64,000 bases of DNA, from assembly GCA_050951805.1 (NCBI GenBank), contig JBMNJT010000003.1:32001-96000 (forward strand), given 5' to 3'. The stretch comes from Bacillota bacterium. GTDB lineage: Bacteria; Bacillota; DTU025. The position numbers and the translations under genes are program-made. Position 1 is the stretch's first letter. Each line of letters begins with the position of its first letter. Positions 19,183 through 28,992 of the stretch are shown in pieces. Under the pieces are notes generated by a model. It was not told the origin of the DNA and ran no database searches. It saw only the letters and a program-made list of their open reading frames with translations.

Positions 19183-20007
19183 TCAAAGTGGCCAAAACTT
19201 CTCGACTAGGCCCAATACGATTTCAAAGGCGATCAGGATGATCACAAGCCACTCAAGTCGTGTCCCGCGCTTGGCGTGGTAAAGGTCGGCAAAGACTCCG
19301 GTGATGTCGAGAAGGGTCTCTGTCTTGTGAGTCACCTTCCCATACCTGTCCGGAAGCTCAAACACATGCTCAAGCTCGAGGTAGAGTTCTTGCGCCTCTT
19401 GTAATCTCCATACCACATCCGGCTTGTCGAGGACCATGATGTACGAGATGGAACTATAGCGGTAGCTGAGAATTCGGCCGGAAAGCTTCGCTAGGCGTTC
19501 ATCGCTTATGGCCATGGTGCCCTTTTCCAGCTCGTTAATGACGACTTCGACATCATCAAACAGCTTGCTTAATTCGTCTTCGATCCGTTCGAGGGCCGCG
19601 GACTTGGCGAGTATGACGGCTATGAGTTCGAGGTAGTACGGCTCAAGTGTCGGAGCTATCAGTTCGTCGTAGGTGACTGAGAGCTTGTCGCCGCCGACGG
19701 TCAGCTGGTAGTCATCGGTGTACTTCGTGATTGCAAAGCCCGCGATATTCCGGTCAACCTTCGCCAGATAGTCTATGGAGTCCCTGATGTCGCTTTCGGA
19801 GAAGTTGACGAATACCAAAGAGCCGAAGGAGAAGATGAACAAGCTTTTGTCGGCCGGTTGGGGCAGAATGCCAGATAGGCGCTGTTCGTTGAGGGCGAGC
19901 GTGTCCTCCCATGATAGTTTGCGTTCTATGCCGAAGTGAGATGCGATCTTGGAAAGGTTGATCTCTCGACAGACCGCTACAGCCTTAAGACGTGATGAAT
20001 TCATCAA
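19183..20007 (-). CDS. RMD1/DUF155-family protein
   Basis: FIFSFGSLVF, LAKSAALERIE, LDKPDVVW, FELPDR, RLEWLVIILIAFEI. Confidence 0.8.
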   Translation of the reverse strand: MMNSSRLKAVAVCREINLSKIASHFGIERKLSWEDTLALNEQRLSGILPQPADKSLFIFSFGSLVFVNFSESDIRDSIDYLAKVDRNIAGFAITKYTDDYQLTVGGDKLSVTYDELIAPTLEPYYLELIAVILAKSAALERIEDELSKLFDDVEVVINELEKGTMAISDERLAKLSGRILSYRYSSISYIMVLDKPDVVWRLQEAQELYLELEHVFELPDRYGKVTHKTETLLDITGVFADLYHAKRGTRLEWLVIILIAFEIVLGLVEKFWPL

Positions 20008-20632
20008 ATGTCACGCTACAGGGCCCCCGTATGGGGAAGTAGCGTTTTCCCTCCTTCATAGGCCGATGCCGAAATCCTTGTGCCATCCAACTTGCGCAGG
20101 TCAAAAATGGCCTGTAACGCATCTTCTAAAGGCAAATTCCTACGCCTTCGAGCGTGATCATCAAGGACTTTGGAATATTATATCACTGCTGTTGTAAGAA
20201 TTATATAGCCCCGGGGTGCGCCAATGGTGGTGGCCTCTTCCATATTCATCAGTTCAAAACCCATCTACAGAGTCATCCCTTGCCGTGAGGCGAGCCTTAA
20301 TATGACCTTAATGGCTAATGACGCAATAATGAGTGAAATCAGAGGGGACGTGAAAGAAATATCTGCAGAGTAGGAAGGAGAATGGCAATGAGACTAGAAT
20401 ATTGCATATTAGAAGCCAGATGAATGTGGCATGGAGATATGGAGAGGGCCACTCATGGAGCGCTTTCGCTTCATGCGCGCGCCCTCATTCCTTTCACTGT
20501 CGGACGGGGCTATAAGGCTGGCTGCCAACTGAATAAGTGCTCTGCCTTGATCAAAACATTGTGGCCGTGATGCATTGATGAGAACCTGTAACTGCTCAGT
20601 GAGCAGATTAACAATGTGAGGAGGCAAATCTG

Positions 20633-21772
20633 ATGAAAAGGCTACTGAAAAGGCTTCTAGTGCTAGTCCTGGCCATAGCTATGCTGGCATCAGCGACGCT
20701 ATCGGCCGCCCCCCCTAGGATTGAGGCGGAACTCAACTTGATTACTCCCGTAGCTAGCTTTGTAAGCGTGGCCGCTCTCGACGCTTTCAAACCTTGGGCG
20801 AAGGCGAAGTATGGAATTGACGTGAAGACCAACTACACGAGTAAAGGCACTCAGTTGGCAGTAGGCATGATTCGAGAGTGGGGATCAAATCCCCAGGCCG
20901 ACGTGATTTGGGGCGGAGAGACGGTGCTCTATGATCTCTTGGCCGCTGATGGCTTCCTGGTCAAGCACGAAGTCTCGCAGGCCCTGCTCGACCGGATACC
21001 TGCAACTATGGGTCAGCCAAAGCCCATGCCATTGAAGGATCCTAAGGGATTCTGGACTGGTACCGCGTTGGAACCCTACGGAATCGTGTACAACGAAGGT
21101 TTGGTCACGAAAAGACTTCGGACGACCCCACCTCAAACATGGGAAGACCTCGTGAGTAATCCACGTTTCAAAGGCCAAATAGCGCAGTGCACGCCTGACA
21201 ATTCCAGCTCCAATCATGCCACCTATGAGGTTATACTTCAGAAGTATGGCTGGGAAAAGGGTTGGGAATGGCTTTCCAAGCTGGGTGCTTACACCGGCCA
21301 ATTCGTCGCGAAGTCAGGCGACGTCCCGGCTGTCGTAGCCAAAGGCGAATATGCACTGGGCTTTGCAGTTCCAAGCTACATGGCATTTGAGAACTACCTC
21401 CACGGCGGGGATATCCGGTTCATAGCGCCTCCCGGCGCATACGTCACCCCTGAACCAATCGGTGTCATAAAGAACTGCAAGAACCCCAACACAGCAAAGG
21501 CTTTCATCGAATTCCTGCTTACAGACGAAGGACAGAAGTTGTTCATCGATCGGGGCCTGTTCCCGATAGTGCCTGACCTCAAGGTCGCCGGTCCGGCCGG
21601 TTCAACAGCTGAGAAGGCAGTCATATTCTACGGCGGGCGCAGAAGCTATTTCGATGGCGTTGTGGAGAACACTTATGACAACACGTTGTCTGCCAGGCGA
21701 GAAAGCGAAGTGAACAGGTACTTCAGAGAGAACATCTTTTCAAAACTGGACCAGCTTAAAGCGAAGTACTAG
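20633..21772 (+). CDS. ABC substrate-binding protein, AfuA/FbpA-like (substrate uncertain)
   Basis: Signal peptide; NPQADVIWGG, GIVYN, PQTWEDL, AKAFIEFLLTDEGQ. Confidence 0.82.
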   Translation: MKRLLKRLLVLVLAIAMLASATLSAAPPRIEAELNLITPVASFVSVAALDAFKPWAKAKYGIDVKTNYTSKGTQLAVGMIREWGSNPQADVIWGGETVLYDLLAADGFLVKHEVSQALLDRIPATMGQPKPMPLKDPKGFWTGTALEPYGIVYNEGLVTKRLRTTPPQTWEDLVSNPRFKGQIAQCTPDNSSSNHATYEVILQKYGWEKGWEWLSKLGAYTGQFVAKSGDVPAVVAKGEYALGFAVPSYMAFENYLHGGDIRFIAPPGAYVTPEPIGVIKNCKNPNTAKAFIEFLLTDEGQKLFIDRGLFPIVPDLKVAGPAGSTAEKAVIFYGGRRSYFDGVVENTYDNTLSARRESEVNRYFRENIFSKLDQLKAKY

Positions 21773-21851
21773 TCGAGTTGAAGCAAATAACTTCACTGGT
21801 CTGCGGGCGGGGTCTCGCCCGCAGACCAGCCAGTCGTTCGAGGTGAAGTGC

Positions 21852-22919
21852 ATGAATATCAGGCTCATCGGAGTCACGAAAAGGTTCAAGACTGTTGAGG
21901 TCCTGAGCAAGGTAGATTTGCATGTGCGCGCCGGAGAACTCTTCACTTTGCTGGGGCCTTCAGGTTGTGGCAAGACAACTACGTTGCGCCTCATTGCAGG
22001 GTTTTACGTCCCCGATGAGGGCAAGATCATGTTCGGTGAGCGCGAGGTGCAAGATATCCCCACATTCAAGCGGAACATAGGCATGGTCTTTCAGAACTAC
22101 GCCCTTTGGCCTCATATGACTGTCTACAAGAATGTGGCATATGGCCTTCAGTTCAAAAAAGAACCCAAATCGGAGTGGCCCAGAATAGTAAATGAGGCTT
22201 TGGTCAAGGTGGGATTGGCGGGATACGAGGATCGCTATCCAGGCCAACTGTCGGGAGGACAACAGCAGCGTGTGGCGCTCGCCAGGGCGCTGGCGCTCAA
22301 CCCAGACGTCCTGCTCTTGGACGAACCCTTGTCCAACCTGGACGCCAAGATTCGGGCTTCGGTCCGCGCTGAAATCCGAAAGATTCAGCAGGAACTGGGC
22401 ATAACCACGGTCTATGTGACACATGACCAAGAGGAAGCCCTGACGCTCTCCGACAGGATAGGCATCATGCGTGAAGGTCAGCTGGTCCAGATCGGAACCC
22501 CGCATGACCTTTACGAGAGACCAGCTACGCGTTTTGTGGCGGATTTTATCGGCGCCAACAACTTGGTAGCTGGCACGGTAAAGGCCACAGGCGACGACAT
22601 TATAGTCGAAACGGAGCTGGGGCTTTTCAAAGGGTACACCCACTCCGAGTTGAAGCCTGGCGACAAGTGCACCTTGGCCTTCAGGCCTGAAAACGTGGAG
22701 GTTAGCACCACTGAGCCATCTGGGGAAGACAACTGGATACAGGGAAAGATAAGCTTCGCCAGTTACATGGGGAGCACTCTTCGCTACGAAATGGATCATC
22801 CGTCAGGCGTCTTGCTTAAGGCCGACGTCAAGAACCCGTTGCATCATGAGGAGTTGTCGTGGGGTAGTGACGTGTATTTCTGCTTTCCGAAATCTGCTGC
22901 GCTTGTCATAGCGGATTGA
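21852..22919 (+). CDS. ABC ATPase, FbpC/PotA-like
   Basis: GPSGCGKTT, MVFQNYALWPHM, LSGGQQQR, LDEPLSNLDAK, YVTHDQEEA. Confidence 0.92.
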   Translation: MNIRLIGVTKRFKTVEVLSKVDLHVRAGELFTLLGPSGCGKTTTLRLIAGFYVPDEGKIMFGEREVQDIPTFKRNIGMVFQNYALWPHMTVYKNVAYGLQFKKEPKSEWPRIVNEALVKVGLAGYEDRYPGQLSGGQQQRVALARALALNPDVLLLDEPLSNLDAKIRASVRAEIRKIQQELGITTVYVTHDQEEALTLSDRIGIMREGQLVQIGTPHDLYERPATRFVADFIGANNLVAGTVKATGDDIIVETELGLFKGYTHSELKPGDKCTLAFRPENVEVSTTEPSGEDNWIQGKISFASYMGSTLRYEMDHPSGVLLKADVKNPLHHEELSWGSDVYFCFPKSAALVIAD

Positions 22920-22958
22920 TACGCTGATTCCGACCATGGACGGGCAGGTGATTGTATT

Positions 22959-25025
22959 ATGTCTTCAGGAATGAGCGCAACGGGTTTGAGAAGGTGGATC
23001 AGAGAGTCCAAACTATGGATACTGCCCATCTATCTCTTCTTGATAATATTTGTCATATTTCCCCTGGTAAGGCTCTTTGTCGATTCGTTTACAACGGCCG
23101 ACATACCGCTTTCGGCGCTGAACGAGGTGGTCCTCCTCGTCGATATGCTTGAGGAGAAAGTGAACGCAGGGGAAATGGAGGACGCTCTGGCAGCGTCACA
23201 TGATATCGCGCTTCAGCTTGACAGGTCTGTGGACGTAATTGGACACATGATCGACGCGCTTGGCAGGGCGACGTTCTCTCAAGACGAGCTCATAGCCAAA
23301 TGGAAGAAAGCCCAGGAGGATGTGGCGAAGGAAGCGGCGGTGATGGCGGAGCTCCAAGACGATCCAGTGGCCGCTCTTGCAGAGTCACGCAAGGCTACGG
23401 CACTCATAGATGAGGTTGTAAGTCTTCCACGACAGGCTTTCTCGGTAGAATTCTTTCTCGATGTTTTCAGAGACGAGTTATACATGAAGGCTCTAGGAAA
23501 TTCCTTGTTGCTAGGCCTTGCCACAGTTGCCACAACTTCAGTGATAGGATTTGCTGTGGCATACGTGCTCGTAAGATACGATTTTCCCGGCAGGAAGGTC
23601 TACAATTTCCTTACCACTATACCCATAGTTATGCCTCCTCTAGTGGGAGTGCTGGGGTTCATCTTCATACTGGGCAGAGGCGGCATGGTTAACGAGCTGT
23701 TTTATCAGTTGGTGGACGTCCTGGAAAGCTCATGGCCTGCCATGTCTAACTGGCTTTTCGACCGTTTGCCGTTCAACTTCATCTATGGCTGGCATGGCCT
23801 CTTGTTGGTTGAGACATTTCACTTGTTCCCGCTTATTACCCTGAATGTCCTGGACTCGCTCAGCAAGATAGACGCATCCTTGGAGGAAGCGGCTGAAAGC
23901 GTTGGATCTGTGGGATTCAAGCGTCTGTTCGACGTCACTATCCCCCTGACTATACCGGGATTTGTTACCGGGGCATTGCTCGTTTTCATCGGGGCATTTG
24001 CGGACTTCGCAGCTCCAATGGTGGTGGGCTTGACCAACTTCATCGCTCCCCTGGCCTACATGGATATTCAGCAGTTCACCGACAGACACTTGTTCAAGAT
24101 GGGCATTACCGTGGGCGCGGTAATGGTGGTGATCTCTGTAGTGTTATTGCTGATAGCCAAGAAATACATATCCCTCAAGGACTACACCACTCTTTCATAC
24201 AGGGCGGTGGAAAGGAAACCACTCGAAGGCAAGAAGCAGGCGTGGGTCCATGTTTTCCTGATCCTGCTTCTTATTATCAGCTACACCCCGTACTTGGGTG
24301 TTGCGCTTGCGTCTTTCTCAAGGAGCTGGTCGATGTCGCCGCTTCCCACTGCTTGGACGCTTGCACATTATGAGAAGATCTTGCTGTATGCACCAGGGTA
24401 TATCATCAATACCTTCCAATTCTGCATATTGGCCATAATCATGTGCATAGTGATCGGATTGCCCGTAGCATGGATCATGGCCAGAACAGATACGTGGAGC
24501 AGTGGAGCGTTAGATATTCTGACCACGTTGGTGTTGGCTTTGCCCGGCACTGCTTTGGGCATAGCATACATCAGAGCTTTCAATACCCCAATACTCGGGA
24601 GCGTGCCATTGGCCAACATATGGATCATAATCCCAATTGTGTTGGCTGTGAGACGGCTCCCATATACGGTCCGATCCTCCTACGGCTCCCTCTTGGTCGT
24701 GCATCGTTCGATGGAGGAGGCTGCCCAATCTGTGGGCGCGGGAGGATTCAAGACATTCAAGGACATCACTCTTCCGTTGGTTTGGAAAGGGGTGCTGGCG
24801 GGGGCGTTGTTCTCCTTCATAACATCTATACAGGAGAGCGCGGCAACACTGCTTCTGGCCATACCGGGTTGGGAGACGATGACCGTCGGCATATTCACCT
24901 TCTACACCGGAGGGACCCACGGAGATGCGGCTGCTCTAGGATTCATCCTTGTTGTTGTGGGCGTGATCACGTTGTTCATAATGGACAGGTTGAGCAGCGC
25001 CACAGCAGGCGGGTTGTTCGGATAA
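22959..25025 (+). CDS. Double-domain ABC permease, FbpB/AfuB-like, with an extra helical insertion
   Basis: Two EAA loops (LEEAAESVG, MEEAAQSVG); hydrophilic segment after TM1. Confidence 0.88.
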   Translation: MSSGMSATGLRRWIRESKLWILPIYLFLIIFVIFPLVRLFVDSFTTADIPLSALNEVVLLVDMLEEKVNAGEMEDALAASHDIALQLDRSVDVIGHMIDALGRATFSQDELIAKWKKAQEDVAKEAAVMAELQDDPVAALAESRKATALIDEVVSLPRQAFSVEFFLDVFRDELYMKALGNSLLLGLATVATTSVIGFAVAYVLVRYDFPGRKVYNFLTTIPIVMPPLVGVLGFIFILGRGGMVNELFYQLVDVLESSWPAMSNWLFDRLPFNFIYGWHGLLLVETFHLFPLITLNVLDSLSKIDASLEEAAESVGSVGFKRLFDVTIPLTIPGFVTGALLVFIGAFADFAAPMVVGLTNFIAPLAYMDIQQFTDRHLFKMGITVGAVMVVISVVLLLIAKKYISLKDYTTLSYRAVERKPLEGKKQAWVHVFLILLLIISYTPYLGVALASFSRSWSMSPLPTAWTLAHYEKILLYAPGYIINTFQFCILAIIMCIVIGLPVAWIMARTDTWSSGALDILTTLVLALPGTALGIAYIRAFNTPILGSVPLANIWIIIPIVLAVRRLPYTVRSSYGSLLVVHRSMEEAAQSVGAGGFKTFKDITLPLVWKGVLAGALFSFITSIQESAATLLLAIPGWETMTVGIFTFYTGGTHGDAAALGFILVVVGVITLFIMDRLSSATAGGLFG

Positions 25026-25262
25026 CGCAGCCAATCAGTGGAATGCCTGGACCTCATGGAGAGGTGATTCAGGAAAACGTCTGGGCTGGCCCGGCAGTAT
25101 CGTGCCTGGCAGTCGGATGAATAAATAGCCGATCGTGGCGGAGCGCGTTGCGCAATGTTGTGATCGGCTTTTCTTTTGCACGTCGTAGGGCAACATAAGA
25201 GGCTCTGCGCTATGTAGCAGAAAGAGACAGAATTCTCCGTACGGCTATGGACTTCTTACCGC

Positions 25263-25335
25263 CTGAGGATTCAAACCCAGGCTGTCAAAGATGGCTCAAA
25301 CATCTGCTGCGACTTGCCCGGGTTTGAATCCTCAG
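25263..25335. repeat. Long inverted repeat/hairpin
   Basis: CTGAGGATTCAAACCCAGGC ... GCCCGGGTTTGAATCCTCAG (19 of 20 complementary), with inner AGATG/CATCT pairing. Confidence 0.8.
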
Positions 25336-25437
25336 TCATTATGCGCGTTGGAGTCTGTTTGGCAATCGAAAAGTTCATAGTTCGGCAGTCAAAAAGTGCA
25401 TAGGCTACCACCACGCCCGGGGTCGGATCTCAGGGCC

Positions 25438-26229
25438 CTATTGGGCCGGGTCGTTTTTGTAAATAGTGTTTTGTTGGGGGTGGGCACCTCCAACGTCATC
25501 TGGGACATGCAATTGGGAGAGGGCGTGCCGTAGACGGTAGCTCTCCCCTGTGAATGCAAGCACATGTCCGTGATGAACAAGCCTGTCAATGAGCGCGGCA
25601 GTGAGCCGGCTGTCGTTGATTACCGTGTTCCATTGTCCGAACTCAAGGTTCGTAGTGATGGCTACGCTTCGGCGCTCATAGCAGCTGGCGATTACTTGGA
25701 ACAAGAGCTCTGCTGCGTGACGGGGTAGAGGTAGGAAGCCCAGTTCATCCACGATAAGCAGATCGCATGATTCGAGATCGCGTATTAAGCTTCCAAGAGT
25801 CCCTTTTGCGTTCTTCTCCAGCAAGCGGTTTGCCAGATCAACTGTCTGAAAGAATCGGACCTCCTTTCCGCTGAGGACAGCCTTAAGCCCCAGCGCTATC
25901 ACAAGATGAGTTTTGCCTGTCCCCACGCCGCCCATGCAAATCAGGGACTCCTTCTCATCGATGAACCTCAGTTCGGTTAGATGTTCTATCGTGGTTTGGG
26001 GCGGCAATATGATGTTGTCCCAGGAGAACTCCTCCAGCGTCTTGGTTTGCGGAAACCCTGCACGCTTCAACCTTCGCCGGTTTCGATTCTTCTCTCGGTT
26101 TCTTAGCTCTTCTGCAAATAGATCAGTCAGGAATTGCTCTCTGCTTTCAAAGGGTATTTCATTGTAGGTCTGGCTCACCGAACCGAGTTTGAGCATCTTA
26201 CACTGCTTCTGAAGCAAAGAGTCTGTCAT
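25438..26229 (-). CDS. istB: IS21 helper AAA+ ATPase
   Basis: GGVGTGKTHL, LLIVDELGF, YERRSVAITTN, ALIDRLVHH, GESYR. Confidence 0.95.
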   Translation of the reverse strand: MTDSLLQKQCKMLKLGSVSQTYNEIPFESREQFLTDLFAEELRNREKNRNRRRLKRAGFPQTKTLEEFSWDNIILPPQTTIEHLTELRFIDEKESLICMGGVGTGKTHLVIALGLKAVLSGKEVRFFQTVDLANRLLEKNAKGTLGSLIRDLESCDLLIVDELGFLPLPRHAAELLFQVIASCYERRSVAITTNLEFGQWNTVINDSRLTAALIDRLVHHGHVLAFTGESYRLRHALSQLHVPDDVGGAHPQQNTIYKNDPAQ

Positions 26230-27749
26230 GCCTTGACCACTCCTTCAGCCCGTGCAGGCAAGAGCTTGTCGTAGACTGCGGAATCTGGATTGTAAGCTGC
26301 TACTTCAATTGGCGTGTATCCCTCGGCAATAGGTTCGGGAAGCCCGTTTTCGGGGTTAAGCGCATACAGCTTGAGCTCAACGTTCGCGGGGTTGGCGCGC
26401 CTATCGGCTGGCAACGCCTCAAGCGCCTCAGCTACTTCGTCTATGGAATACATCTTCAGCATGTCTCTCACGAACCGTACTCTAGCTGACCGTTCCGATG
26501 CATTCGCCTCCTTGAGGTAGGCTTGGACCGCCTTCGGAAGATAGCGGAACATAGCTGAATGCACGGCAGCTCGTGGCCTACGTGAGTAGATCTCAAAATG
26601 GGCCAGCCAGTCAATTGGTTGCTCTTTGAGCATGTAGTGCCTTGGCAGCGTTGTGAGCGCTTCGCCTTCCCGGTTCCGCACCTCGATGCGATCCCAATAC
26701 ACACTGAGCAAAACCTTCTGCCGTGGTTTCCCCTGTGGCACTGAATAGGTTTCCGACTCGAAGCGGAATTGAGCATAGTTGTTTAATACTGCAGCATCAA
26801 GCCGCACAGCCTCGAATGGAACGCTTGGGAGCGGCAGCAACGCTGATTGCTCTTCTCGCCACATGTCGGCTATAGTCCTGCCCTTCTTGTAATGAATGCG
26901 ATCCATGTCGCGGATAGCTTTAATTGCCAGTTGTTCGCCGAGCTCCTCGAAACTGTTGAGGGGCTGAAGAGGGCATAGCCATTGCCGGCGTGAGTATCCT
27001 ACCTTGTTTTCAACATTTCCTTTCTCGTTGCCTCGAGCCGGCGCACAGAAATCAACATCGAAGCGATAATGGAGCTGAAAGCGCATGAACGCCTCCGTAA
27101 GCGTGCGTTCTTCGCCCTTCCCTATGGTTGCTACCATAGTCGTCGCATTGTCCAATACTAGCCTCTGCGGCACACCCCCTGCCTGCTCAAACAGAAGGCG
27201 AAGACCCTCCAGAAGGCACTCACCGTTCTCTGATGGCATTGGAACCGCAAAGCCAGCGTTTGACCATGGAAACGAAAGAACAAGCGCCTTGGCTTCCACG
27301 ATCTTTCCATCCCGAACACAGCGGATTGTTCCGAAATCCGCCTGGGCTTCTCCAGGTTCGTGCACGAGTTCAACGTAGGCCGTGGGTTCGGGTTCTTCCT
27401 TGAGCAACTCTTTCCGCCGATTTCGAACATACTCCCTAACTGTGCGTTCACTGCCTTTAAAGCCATGTTTATCTCGCAGCTCCCTATAGATGGCTGCAGC
27501 ATTTCGCCGATCCTTTCTCTGCAGCAATTGATCCTCAAGCAGCCAGGTATCTACAATGTCTGCCACGGGATCCATTACAGGCCTACGCTTCTTTCTAACC
27601 GTAGGCGGCGATTCATTCCAGTCCTCCTTGTAAGCATATTTTGCCGCCGTTCTCCAACACACGTCGACTTTCCTGGCAATTTCGCTGATAGATGCACCTT
27701 CGTTTTCGAAGGCATGCTTGATATAATACTGTACAGGCATAGCGATCAC
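26226..27749 (-). CDS. istA: IS21 DDE transposase
   Basis: N-terminal HTH, PGEAQADFG, GGVPQRLVLDN, GNEKGNVENKVGY; overlaps the istB start. Confidence 0.95.
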   Translation of the reverse strand: MIAMPVQYYIKHAFENEGASISEIARKVDVCWRTAAKYAYKEDWNESPPTVRKKRRPVMDPVADIVDTWLLEDQLLQRKDRRNAAAIYRELRDKHGFKGSERTVREYVRNRRKELLKEEPEPTAYVELVHEPGEAQADFGTIRCVRDGKIVEAKALVLSFPWSNAGFAVPMPSENGECLLEGLRLLFEQAGGVPQRLVLDNATTMVATIGKGEERTLTEAFMRFQLHYRFDVDFCAPARGNEKGNVENKVGYSRRQWLCPLQPLNSFEELGEQLAIKAIRDMDRIHYKKGRTIADMWREEQSALLPLPSVPFEAVRLDAAVLNNYAQFRFESETYSVPQGKPRQKVLLSVYWDRIEVRNREGEALTTLPRHYMLKEQPIDWLAHFEIYSRRPRAAVHSAMFRYLPKAVQAYLKEANASERSARVRFVRDMLKMYSIDEVAEALEALPADRRANPANVELKLYALNPENGLPEPIAEGYTPIEVAAYNPDSAVYDKLLPARAEGVVKA

Positions 27750-28029
27750 TCCACGTTACCTCCCCTATTGGTCACATCCAAATCTAGGGAGGTATTCTTG
27801 TGGCGTGGTGGTTATGCCTTCTTAATCTTCAATTTCTCCTGTGACATTTTGGCTGCCGTTCTCTGTATTTCTATTATGCCGAAAACAGCGTTGGAGCCCA
27901 GCGAGGAGGCGGGATGCAGCATTCTCTGCGTCGGGCAACTACTTTTTAAGCAGTGGTGTAACGAGTGAGCGGAAGAGGCTTCGGTTTTGCGGGAGACCGG
28001 CGCGAGTTTGAAGCCAGGCGCATTCATGA

Positions 28030-28941
28030 TCAGCGTTGCAGGGATTTCTTGTGGACTGTGCCGTTATCCTTATGTGAATTACAGTCGAACGCGGTGGAGT
28101 CCTCTTGATCATCGCCGTAAGCCCATGTGATGGCCTGTTTTGTCACTGCCTTGTAGTAATGGTCCATGGTCTGGATGAATGTCCGGCTCAAGTTGGTGTT
28201 ACCTTGATCCCGCAAAGGAAGCGGCCCTAGATGCTTGATGGCAACGGCGTCGATAGAGGGAGGCACAATGGAGATAGCAACATGGTCTAAGTGCTCAACA
28301 TCGCCGTTCCAGAATTCCTCGGGGGACGGGCAGAGATCTTCGGCCAGCGCGGCTGCAGCATCTGTGCAGCGTGTTGTGTTCTCAGGCTCGGATGCTTCCT
28401 GGCATGCTGCTTGAGAGCGCTTGCGCCTCAACGAAATGAGCAGGTCTTCCTTTCTCATTCCCCTCAAGAGGAAGAGGAGAAAAGGGTCGCGGTCGAACTC
28501 CTGCGCTAAGACATAGTGGACGGCTGCAATGTGCTTGCAGGGGTTGGCCCAATCAGGGCAAGTGCACGATGTTGCCAAGTCTTCCTCTGAGACGGGAAAG
28601 AGGGCCGCATCGCATTGCGCGAAAGCTTCTTCGATGTTCTCAGGCATTTCGCCGGCCAAGAGGCTGGCGGCAAACGCCGCGCTTTCGGCCATGGCGGTTG
28701 TCACGCGATCCCAGTCCGATTCGTTTAGGGGCTTCATCCTTATTTGAACCTTGTATGGCCGAGAGCGGGAACCCTGCACCTTGGCTTCCGCCATGCCGGG
28801 GCTAACATCTACGGACAGAACATTACCCGCCCGCGCATATGACCTGCCTCTTTGCAGTCGGTTTGCCCAGCCGAAATTCTCCAGGGCAAAGGTCCACCTT
28901 TTCGCCCACCAGCTGCCGCCGAATTCATTTTTCCGCGCCAT
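28030..28941 (-). CDS. SWIM zinc-finger protein
   Basis: RLQRGRSYARAG, VQGSRSRPY, CTCPDWANPCKHIAAV, DPFLLFLLRG. Confidence 0.9.
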   Translation of the reverse strand: MARKNEFGGSWWAKRWTFALENFGWANRLQRGRSYARAGNVLSVDVSPGMAEAKVQGSRSRPYKVQIRMKPLNESDWDRVTTAMAESAAFAASLLAGEMPENIEEAFAQCDAALFPVSEEDLATSCTCPDWANPCKHIAAVHYVLAQEFDRDPFLLFLLRGMRKEDLLISLRRKRSQAACQEASEPENTTRCTDAAAALAEDLCPSPEEFWNGDVEHLDHVAISIVPPSIDAVAIKHLGPLPLRDQGNTNLSRTFIQTMDHYYKAVTKQAITWAYGDDQEDSTAFDCNSHKDNGTVHKKSLQR

Positions 28942-28992
28942 GAACCAATAGCCTCCCATGCGCCGCTCGGGTTATCCGCCGAGCTATTGACG

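Larger units (their letters stand above)
25354..27887 (-). mobile_element. IS21-family insertion sequence with a 9-bp target-site duplication
   Basis: istA-istB pair; GCGTTGGAG at 25345-25353 and 27888-27896; imperfect terminal IRs sharing GGCA...CGGCAG(T/C)CAAAA. Confidence 0.9.

Noticed and set aside
25316-25335. GGGTTTGAATCC as a tRNA T-arm or att site
   Set aside because: No cloverleaf, acceptor stem or integrase; explained as one arm of the inverted repeat
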